Assembly (NCBI GenBank): GCA_000708835.1
Contig: DF236993.1
Span: 62,001 to 126,000 of the forward strand
Reading direction: 5' to 3'
From: Klebsormidium nitens
Lineage: Eukaryota > Plantae > Klebsormidiophyceae
DNA length: 64,000 nucleotides
Shown here: positions 1-10,500 of the stretch, one piece after another
How the letters are laid out: each line of letters opens with the position of its first letter
Position numbering within the stretch: the stretch's first letter is position 1
Translations under genes and position numbers: made by a program
Notes under the pieces: model-generated
Databases searched by the model: none
What the model saw: the letters and a program-made list of their open reading frames with translations, nothing else
Told to the model about the DNA's origin: nothing

Positions 1-536
1 AGGCGTGGCGGTGTTATCAACCTGCAAAAAAACGGCCCTTGATGAGCCGTCCATGCCGTGAGGAAGAGTACTTAGCTCGTACCAACTTCTTGTAGCTTCC
101 TCTAGAAAACGGATCAGAAGTTCAAAACTTGCCTCTCACGCTCATCATCGAAAAATAACCCCAATTACATGCCCACCTTGAATCCCACGTTAACGTCCTG
201 GCTCCCCTTCTATCAGACCCTACTCTGCCAAAAGCTGGTCGAGAAATGGAGTTTGAAACATTGAATCAAGCTCCTCGATTGGAGCCAACAACTTTCAGTG
301 AAGTATCGATAAGAATCGGGATGAAGTTGAGCCGATGGGATCAAATTGACGCACTTGAAATGCGTCCTGGCGGTTCCTTCCGAGCAGCGCATTGGCCAGG
401 GTGCTCTTGCCGCTCGCGCAGGACCCACGATACAAACCAGGTTGGTGTTGTCGCCTTCTTGCAGAGCCTTGGCACCTTCATCCCCGACCTCCAGTCGGCC
501 AGAAGTCCTTGACTAACGGATCAAGGGAATGGAGGC
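1..536 (-). pseudogene. GBP/atlastin-like GTPase pseudogene fragment (N-terminal exon plus start of next exon; continues beyond window start)
   Basis: Minus-strand exon 536-355 (acceptor CAG at 539-537, donor GTGCGT at 354) reads ASIPLIR*SRTSGRLEVGDEGAKALQEGDNTNLVCIVGPAR[1-bp deletion]SGKSTLANALLGRNRQDAFQ. This is a GBP-type N-terminus with a G1/P-loop. The next exon starts at 21 (TTTTTTTGCAG|GTT GAT AAC ACC GCC ACG CCT = VDNTATP) and aligns with TLDNGGPCT of the neighbouring paralog. It has an in-frame TAG, and its 182-nt length fits one lost base. Confidence 0.8.
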
Positions 537-3258
537 CTGCCAAAAAGGCCAAGTTTACGGTTCGTCTTTGTTTCCAGTCGGCTTTTCGCATTCGTTTCCT
601 ACTTTATCAAGGAGTGATTGCGTTGACTATTGTAAGATGAGTGTCGAAAGGACAGAAACGTCCTCGACGTCTATGCTTTTCTGTGAAGGAGCCAAAATCT
701 AGAGGCGCGCCAGTTTCAGCACATCTTTTGCGCAAAAATGGATGTCAACCAGAAACTTGACTTGACAGCTCTCTTAATCAGACCGGATTGAGCCAACCCA
801 CCATCTTCAGCGGTCTCCTTTTGGACGTCAGATCCGCTGTGCTTGCCCTTGACTCCCGCTTGTCGCCTTCGGTTGTTCAAGCTTATATGCTTCCAACGTC
901 TGGGCTGCTTAGAAAGAGGGAGCAGATGCAGTTGCCGAGCTCAAGCGCACTTGCTCGTTCCGTTTCCCTAGCCCCTGAAAGTCCCTGAAAGTGACCGCAA
1001 CGCTTACAGTATTATCAGGATTGACCAGGTGAGCGACAAGCAGGGGCCACCATGTGTTCAGGAGAGGCGCGCCGGCAGCCCCGGTCTAGTAGATTTTCCA
1101 CACCCTAGTGGCAAGCTGCGGGCAAAACTTCGGAGTCTTAACCACTTCTGCTCGCTTGCCCTTTCTAGCATGTGACCAATACAAAGGGAACCATCAATGT
1201 GATTCACACCATCTCACAATCTTGTTCAAGTACCCCCCAATCGGACCCTTCACTCTTTGTTTACTTAGGCTGGAGGTAGATGGTAAAGGTTCCCGCTCTA
1301 GTATGCAGAGGGGACGTTGAGAGGTGAGACTCAGACCACAGCAGAACTCACGATCATGATGACAATCAGCCTCAGCACTGGCCAGACGGTCAACCCAAGT
1401 TTGCACTGATGCACACTTTTATTGACTTCGACTCTCCCCTCAGGCATCAGCAGTACTCCCAGAAAGAAGCATTTCAGTACATATGCTCTACACAAGCGTC
1501 AACTTACTCGGCCTCGATCGTTTGACGGCCACCTGACGTCATGGCGAGCCAGCGGGTGTTGCTGGATATGCGGAAGCAAGTTGACCACATGATCGACTGC
1601 TGTCGGATCGGTCAGTAGGAAAGAATCAGTCCTAACCCTTTGGGCTAATGTGTCAACTGCAACGCTCACGCTTCTGGGTCGCCTTGCAGACTTGGCGTCG
1701 CACTGACCAGCGCCCGGTATATTGCCGATTGAGTATTGAATCCAACTCAATCATATAAGCAGTGTCCGGAATCGCCCGTCTACACCGAAACGCCGCGCGC
1801 GCGGTTTTGTTCTGACCAATCCGGTCAATGCCTTCCGTAGCTTTGATGCACGTGGCGACCGCTCATTCGGCCCGGAATCTTCGCTCGAACAGCCGTGCTG
1901 TACGTCGGTCAATCTAATCTTTTTCGGGCCTCCAAGATGACCAAGCGACTGTACGATTTTGAAGAACCCGAGGTCAAAGCTGCCTTCCCTGCATAATGAT
2001 TGGATTGCGGCGCACTAGAGCTACAGGTACACGTGCTTACACAACAAACATGATTTTAAACCTGTAGGTCAACTCATTCTACCGTATAATGCTGTAAGGA
2101 CCATGCACGTGTAGCTAGTCTAAGTGGCAGCTACTGTAGTCTGCCTTCAGGCCAAAACTCCTGGCGACTCTCCGATGTCAGGCTCAGCATCACGAAGCAA
2201 ATCAGTACCAAATCAGTACCCATGACCGCTCAGTACAGTAATCCTTCAGTACGTAGATGTGACCGCTGGTCACATCTACTTAGATCTGAAAGGTGCAGCT
2301 AGCCTATCGTGAGAGTGGGAAGTTTGTCGCATGTACTGTCAATACGTCTGTGGCATGCCCACTTCAACTTCGTACCATTTTCCTTTGCGCTATATAGAAG
2401 CGACACAAAACCGCCGGAAGTTGCATCGTGGACCTTAATGCAAGCTGCAAACCAATCGTCCTTCACAGACTTGTGGGTTTAAGCATCTTTCAAGCACCTT
2501 TCCCTTCAAGCCCTCTCTCCACCGCTGGTCTTAACGCGCTCGCTGCCAAGGCTCGGCTGCGGCTCAGCAAAGTGACGCCTGACCGTCCCAGAGTATTGTT
2601 CCTGGCAGCTGCGAGGTCAATCGAGGAAACGCGTCATGATGGCGAGTTTAAAGGTAAGCGACAAGCTGCATCTCTCCAGAATGTTTCTACGAGCCTAAGA
2701 TGTCGAGGTGTGTACTGAGGAGATGCGGAGATAGATTCCTCAGCACCATGTTTCCAAGGCGTGCAGACCAGTCATTGTGCATGTCCCTGGCTACAAAATG
2801 CTGAAGCGGTGGCGTGATGATTGCGAATCTCGTTCAAGACTGCAATGAATCTGGCGACTGTCTCTAGACACTCTTTACTCTGGTTTCGTTCCGTTAGCTC
2901 TGCTACAAGTAGGGTTTTGACGTGGTTCTACTACAGAAACGTTCAGTCAAGAAAACCAACCTGATGAGTCTTAATATCAATGGTACGGAAAGGAGGTGCA
3001 ACAACTGTGGTTCTTACACAGTACTACTCTCATTTGAGTAGCCCTCAAAGAGAGGCGCAGGCTTTCGGTGTTGGATATCATGGCATGTCTGAACGTAGGT
3101 AGAAGAGTCATTACCGCGTTTTCTGTAGCTGTCAATCGAATGGTTGCAAAGAGCCCTTGCATTGGAGGCTTGACATGGCCTTTCATTCAGCAGCAGTCAG
3201 TGAACACGACAGACCTCAACCGGAAGGAGTAAGCGCCCCTATCGCCCGTCTGTTGCAG

Positions 3259-6141
3259 TCAGCACTGGTCACGTCACGGCGGCCTTCCTCCGCCACCACT
3301 CAAGCCGCTACTCCGCCCAAGAAGAGCGTCGCTCTAGTTCGTTCCACCTCGCCCAACAAGCCCAGCCTGAGCGTGCAGTCCCCCGCGGCCGACCTTTTGT
3401 CCACCAATGGCGGCCCCGAAAGCTGGGTCCATCGTCGGTTCCGCTCGGGGCGGGAAGTCCTTCCTGATCGACCTCCTGAACGGAACGGAGGGCGTATTCA
3501 CATTGGACAACGGCGGGCCCTGCACCGAGGGAGTGGACATGAGCCCCGCGCTGCTGCCGCACGCGGCCTTCGCCGCGCGCTTCGGCGCAAGGCCCAATGC
3601 GAAGGCCCCCCCGATCCGCTTCCTGGACGTGGAAGGGTCCGGGAACAAGGGCGAGGAGTATGACGTCAGGCTGTACGTGGGCGTGCTGCTGCTGTCCAAA
3701 GTGTGCATCCTGAACCTGTCGGGCCACATGGGAAAGCAGACGTTTCTGAGCAGAGTGGCGGCGCTGACCGCGGCCGCGGAGTCGCTCGACTTGGCGAAGG
3801 GCCGCACACGCTCCGAGGCGCCGCTGTTCGGCCACCTGCACGTGGTCTGCCGAAACTTCCAGTTCAAGGGAGCCGAGACCAAGGAATACGAGGTAAGATG
3901 GGGCTTGGCACAAAGGGTGTACCTTTTGTGTACCCTGAAACTCTAAAACCTTCAAACCCGTTTTGGTTTTCCCACTTTTAAAACCCTTTTTCTCTTAAAA
4001 CCATTTTCTTTCTCGTTTGTGTACCCAAGGAGAGAAGTCGTCTATCACGACGGAAGGGGTCGCATTAAACGATATGACTGATGCGAATGCTTAGCTCACC
4101 ATCATGACTGTCACACCATATGTTAGTTTGTGGAGAAAGGATTGACGATGAGGTTTCCATACGGGACGTAACTTGCAAGCAGATCGGCACATGCTGAATC
4201 CAGCTTAACAGCTCCAACATTCTCTTTTCTTCAATCTCATTGGGGACTACTTCAAAACTCTTTGGTTCTCGTGACTCGCCTTATCTCGAAACGACGACAC
4301 TGATGATATCGAGGAGTTGTACGTGCAAATTGACATTGAAACTGCATGCTTTGGCCGCGTAAAGCAGGACTATTTTCCAAATATCTTCCAAATATCTTCC
4401 AGGTATCTTCCAGATACCCTAATAACCTCTCCGGGGAACTGACCGCTTCCGATGATCACTTTGTCGTTGCAGAGGTATATTTGGGAAGACGAAGCTGGAG
4501 ATGACGCCAAGGATCGCAACTATCTCCGGAAGCAGCTGAAGAGGAGCTTCAAGAGCATCACGGTCCACCTGTTCCCGAAACCAGAAAAGGGCCTCGACCA
4601 GAAGGTAAGAAGCTCGATAGCCTTATATTCGTAGAGCAAATCCATGGTTTTCTGGTGAATATTGGGCGAGAAGGTGGACCAAAAGGAATCACTTTTTCAA
4701 CTGAAAAGGCTTTTCATTGGGAAACGCTTTGCCTCGAGTTTCGATTGAACAGGCTTCTCATTCTGAAACGCTTTGCCCCGGCGATTTTTGAACCCACGAC
4801 TTCCATCTCGAACGGATACATATGTTTTCGACTCTGAATCCCCTGACGGTTTACTGAGAGGATGAGTTCAGAGGTATGACAGGACAATGTCAACGAGGCA
4901 AGGCTAGGCAAGCCTACAGATGTCACCAACACCTTCTATTTGCTCCGATCATGTCAGGTTGGGCGTTCGAGAGTCTCACACCGTTTTCGCTTTTCCTTCA
5001 CAGCGCATCCCGTGGGCCCAGATAAACGACGACAAGCCTTTCCAGGCCAGCCTCACGAAGCTAGGCGCGGCCATAAGCGATCAGCTGTCCGACGCCGCGC
5101 CCGCGCGCGCCGCGGCCGGGGCCGTCGTTCTCGAGACCGGTGCAATCATGGCGAGCGTCTTGAGAGTGACGCTGGAGAAGGTCAATCAGGGCGACCGGTT
5201 GGCGATCCCCGACCTCTGGGAGACGCTATGCCAGGCAGCGCTGGCAAAGGAAAAGCAGGCGGCGGACGATTTCGCGGACGAGCTCCCGAAGCGGTTTCCC
5301 CTGAAGCCCGCGGACCTCGCGCAAGCGATCGGCGCGGCCGCGCGGCAGCGCGCTACTGCGCTGGGCGTCCAGCTGGACACGTGTCAGGCATCGGCGGCCA
5401 TGCGCGCGGAGCACGTGGCGCTGCTGGAGGCGCACCTCGCGCGCGCGCGCGCGGGGCTGGAGGCGGCGAACGCGGTCCTCGTGGGGAAGATGTGCTCGGG
5501 GATCGTCACCGAGGAGAAGGCTATGCTCGTGGCGGAGCTGAAGAAGGTTCCACAGACCCCTTCCGCGCCCGGGGGTCGAATCTCGAGCACGCAATACGTG
5601 GCTTCCTTGGCGGCCGTCATGAGTGCGCGCGAAAACGGTCTTCTGCGGCGGCTCCAGGAGTGGGGCCCGCCCGACGCGTACCGATCGGCGTACGTCTCTG
5701 ACTGGAAGAAATACGGGGAGCAGGGCTCGGGGGAGCTGCGCGCGCAGCACGTCGAAGCTGGTGGCGGAGCAGGCGCGGCGCGAGGAGGCCGAGCGAAAGG
5801 AAAAAGCGGAACGGGAGGCGGAAGAGCTGCGCCAGCGGAAGGAGGCGGAGCGGAACCGGCAGGAGCAGCTCGACCGCGAGCGGCGCGCGCAGGAGGCGGC
5901 GCTTGAGGAGGCGACAAACGAACGATTTTCGCGGCGCTTCTATTCCCCGCCCTGGTGCAATCCAAGCATGTACAGCTATGGTCCGTCGCCGTGCGATTTT
6001 GACTACGGTCCGGTCCGAGGAGGGTACGGGGGGTACGGAGGGGGTTACGGAGGGGGATGTGGGGGGGGAGGAAATTTTTATAAGGGAGGTCAGTTTCTGC
6101 CGGGGGGGGGCCGTGCTCCTGCAGGAGGCTGTCGGATGTGA
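3259..6141 (+). CDS. Guanylate-binding-protein (GBP)/atlastin-like dynamin-related GTPase with helical/coiled-coil C-terminus; two apparent frameshifts (pseudogene or assembly indels)
   Basis: Exons about 3259(start uncertain)-3892, 4473-4604 and 5004-6141, with GT-AG junctions in phase 0. Motifs: G1 SIVGSARGGKSFLIDLLNG, G2 PCTEGV, G3 FLDVEG, then HLHVVCRNF. These are followed by a helical region and an E/R/K-rich coiled coil (EQARREEAERKEKAEREAEE). The frame changes at about 3420-3430 and about 5752-5757 with no intron. Confidence 0.8.
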
Positions 6142-7544
6142 TAGGCTTCCATGTATGCCATGGGAGCCTATGGCCCACGTTTGATAAGAGATTATCGAAG
6201 TCCACCTAGATCTCTGTCTGCTTAAGTAGGCTATCTACGGGAGGATTGCGTAAATTCGAATGGCGTCACCGCTGAAAGAGGAAGTATCGGTCTAGTCTCG
6301 AGCAACTTGCCCTGCATCGGCAGGCTTTCGTATCGGGAATGCGCTTGTGATTCTGGAAGACTTTATCGATCGTTTGCTGAAGTTGTCACGACCGGCCGGC
6401 GACAACATGCCTGATCTGGCAGCAGATAGAAAGAAGCAGATTAGAGCTGATGGTAGAGTTCTGAATTCAATTGCGGGTGACTTCGCAGCGCTTGCATTTC
6501 AAGCACCCAGCGAACAATGGCCAAGTCTTATACCCTCTTTTCTCTTGGCCTCCCCCAGCCACAGCTTACATACACGTCGGGCACGAGAGGCACATTTTCA
6601 GCTTCGTTGTTCTCACATGCAATGATCGCACAGGAGGCGGCGATTGAATCTCGTCCACAGGCTCACAATTAAGTTACGCAGTGCACTTATGGCAGGTTTC
6701 CACGAACTACAATCGGCTGTCTATTGTATCGAGCAAGCGGCGCGCGGGAGCTGAGTGATCATGCTAGTCTATATATTCGCGCCCAAGTACGCCGGACTGG
6801 AGTGACAACGATAAATTGCCGTCGCATATATATGATGTTTGGATCATGTTGATCGGTTGGTACGTGTCTGGCCGAGATCATTCTAGTAGTTGCCGCCCAA
6901 GAGTTCGACTATCATAGTCCGTTGTTTAAACCGCGTCAGTGCAACTTCAAGCATGCTCATGAAACCGCAGGCATGGCTCCAATATCTCTAGGGGCCAGCT
7001 GCTGGTCGTTGAGTCCAGATATGATTCCCACAAACTTATAAGATCTTGTGATTCAAACCGGTAGAGCATAAAACTGCATGGCAACATGTCGCCTTCCGTG
7101 GCGCCATCAAGCCATGCACGTTGTGCGAATTGTCATGGTGAGCCAGGCGCGCTGCAATATGCATGCTACACATACATGGCGGAGGCAAGCTGTACTACGA
7201 AAGCGCAAATGCAGAGCAGATCGAACATGTAACATGATTCTGAATTAAGCTCAAGCTTTGGACAACTTAAATACTCTTGTTGAATGCGGGGCCATTTAAG
7301 ACTGCGAGATACATTACGCGACCCCTGCTCCATTGCTCAACAGTTACGAGGCTCACAAAGCGTTTTACAGTCAAATTTCAAGCGGACCTGACCCAATCGT
7401 TATTCCTTCTAGAGTTCGACCAAGCGGTGCAAAGTTTGAGAAATTATACAGCAGACTCAACTCAATGTTAGATTCCTGCAGTTTGACTGCAGTGTATGAT
7501 ACAACTCAACTCCAACTCAACTCCAAAATGATCCAAAGTAAACA

Positions 7545-10500
7545 TCAAACTGACGCAGAAAGCGTCTTTTGCGCCTGTGTCCTGCGCCACTCCGCGCGCA
7601 GCTTCGCATTGGAGCTCAGCACCTTCTCCACCTCTCTGGCGTGGATCCGTCTCATCTCCGAGAAAGGCATGTTAGAGCCCACCATGGCAAGGATTGGCTT
7701 CGGGAAGAACCACGGCAAAAACCTGCTGAACACGCCTAGGGCCATAGTCCTCAGCTGGTGCCAGAATGCGACGTTCTTATCCAACGGCCCTTCCGACTCG
7801 GACAGGTCCACCAGTGCGTGACCCTCGCGTACCTGCGCAAACGATTTTGCGCAAATCACTGAATTTGGGGGGTCCTAGACAGAATCTTGGACTTATTTGG
7901 GCTATTCAAATGTGCCAGAACGCGACGTTCTTATCCAAAGGCCCTTCGGACTCGGATAGGTCCACCAGTGCGTGACCCTCGCGCACCTGCGCAAACGATT
8001 CCGTGCAGAATAGTGGGTGGATTGGGGAGTGATTTATAAGAATCGCAAAATTGTTTCACTATCAGAAGTGCTAGAATGCGACGTTCTTATCCAACGGCCC
8101 TTCGGACTCAGACAGGGTCCACCAATGCGTGACCCTCGCGTACTTAGACGGTTTTCTGGAGGGTGTCAAACTGAAAATTGAGTGACAGAGACAGAGACAG
8201 TGGATCTGATCTGCTGTTCTAAGGCTGAAAGTACTTTCTTGTCATTAGAACCGAATTTCGTTCCGTATTTGACTTCCCCGCACATTCACCGACGAACTGG
8301 TCTTGGAGTGTTCCGGGTCCGTAGGGTTTTTGCGCGTCCAAACCGACGCAGAGCACATTTGTTGTCGGAAGGGCTCTCAGGAACGCGAGCCAGAAATAAC
8401 TGGAAAAGAATCCAGCCGCTTCTGCGCCGACCAGACTTTTTGTACTTCAGAAACGGAGTCTGGAAACGCCAGAAAGCAACCGTCTATACCTTTCCCTTTC
8501 CGTCTTCTCTCTTTTTCACCTGCAACGCAGAATACCGCTCCAGCGCGCGCGGCAGCCGCTCGAAGAACGCCTCCCGACCGCTGCCGGACGCGTCCGCCAC
8601 TTTCTCAGACGTCCGTTTCTCCTTGAGTCCCAACCGGTCGTCTTCCCCGACCACTTCGCCGAGTAACAACCGGGCCAGAACCGCTGCATCGACCATGGAA
8701 GAATTGCAGCCCTGCCCGATAGAGGGTGACGTGGCGTGCGCAGCGTCGCCCACCAGGACGGCGCGGCCGTCCGAATGGTGGTACGGATCGCACCGGACCT
8801 GGGAACGGATCCGGACGCTTTGGGAAAGTGGAAAAGACAAGAATCAAGCGAAAAAGATGATGGAAAGCTAGGTTGATGTTTCTTGAGCAGAGGAAGGAAG
8901 GGAAAGAGTACAGCTGGCGTCCGAATGGTGGTACAGCTCGCACCGGACCTGCGAACGATTCGGACGGGTCGTGGGGAAAGTGAAACGAGCAGGTTCGAGC
9001 GAAAAGGCTGACAAGATATGATAGATGGATAGATACTTATTAAGCAGAGAAGGAAGGGAGAGCGGCCGTCCAAATCGTTAATAGGAAGAGTGAAAGAAGA
9101 GTGAAGACCAGAATCAAGAGGAAATCTCAATAAGAAGAGTGAAGGCCAGAATCAAGCAGAATCATAACGGGTCGTTGTTGGCCCAGCCGATGGCGAGATT
9201 TAAGCTCTCGCCGTCGTGGCCGTTGGGGTAGAAGACGCAGCGGAAGGAGGCGCTGTCGGGGCAGCTGGGCACGATGTTCAGGCCTGGGGGGATGATAAGC
9301 ACGTATCTTGAGCCCCCCGTTGAGGACGAAACACCTTGCTAACCCTGGGCACAATGTTCAGGCCTGGGGGAATCGCAAAAGCGCAACTTGAGTTCCCCTA
9401 TTGCAATAGGATTGGAGGTTTAAGCCCTGGTGGGTCTGGGACGATGTTTTGGCCTGGGGTAATCATAAGCACGCACATTGAGCCCTCCGTTGGAAATATT
9501 CACCTTGTTATCCCATAAAGCAGCTGGGCACGGTTGTTCAGGCGGGCGGTGGATCGTAAGCACGTGGTCTCAGTCCCGTGGCGCGAAAGAAACACCTGCT
9601 TTACCATAAGGGTAGCTGGTACTATGTTCGGGCCTGGGGGCGATCGGAAGCACGCAAATATAGCCCCGCGTTGTAGAGGAAGACGTTGTTGATACGCACC
9701 GACCCGCTACCGAACCCTTAGGTCAGGCTTTCTAACCCAACGGAATCAAAGCCTCAACTTTGCGATCAAAGAAACAAGGCGTAACAAACCCAAGAAGGTC
9801 AACCGGAATTAGATGAATCTCCATCGAAGGGCTTAGCGGATATAAATGTCCCCGAACAACACAGCGATAAGGAGAGACTCCGTGAAGACGGCAGCCCGAA
9901 CTTTCCAAACAAGAAAAACAAAGCCCGAGAGGCTGTGACGGCACAGTATGGACTGACCATTGCCCAGCCAAGTGGCAAATCACCCCTGTCGGTTGGCACT
10001 CTTTCCAACATCAGGGACCCTGCTGGTGTCCTGAGCATATTCACCAGACTCCGTGTCGATGTGGGAACCCTTGATTGCCATGCTTTCACTTCACATAAAC
10101 AAAGCACGACCACACCGCTTAATAAAGGAAACATCTGCGCGTCACCCCTACATCGTCGGCTACACAAAAGCGTCTGAAAGTTTGAAACTTGACCAAAAAA
10201 GTACCCAGTATTGATCAAGGCTTACAAACCTGTTACCAAGAAACCCTCAGATTATGGAGGTCTGAGTCCTGCAAGGTTTATCTCAACCTTCAAGTTAACC
10301 TGAATTGTAACTCTGACCTTACAAGTGCGCCTCACCTGAGGGGCTGATATGCGGCGGTCTAGGCACGTGAAGGATGTAGAAGCCGGTAAATTGGTCGATC
10401 ACCGAGCAGTCAAACCCACGTGGCTCCAGGGCCATGGTGTGGCGCACCATGGAGTTGACACCTGGCACGACGCAGGAGATGACAGGTGGCTCAGTTTTGC

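Noticed and set aside
3940-4010. TAAAACC-like words resembling telomeric repeats
   Set aside because: Scattered and non-tandem; ordinary intronic low complexity.
3308-6205. Long overlapping/antisense ORFs (3308-3955 -, 3334-3882 -, 4940-5701 +, 5226-5750 -, 5384-6205 -)
   Set aside because: Shadows of GC-rich GBP-like exons; stop-poor alternative frames with no motifs.
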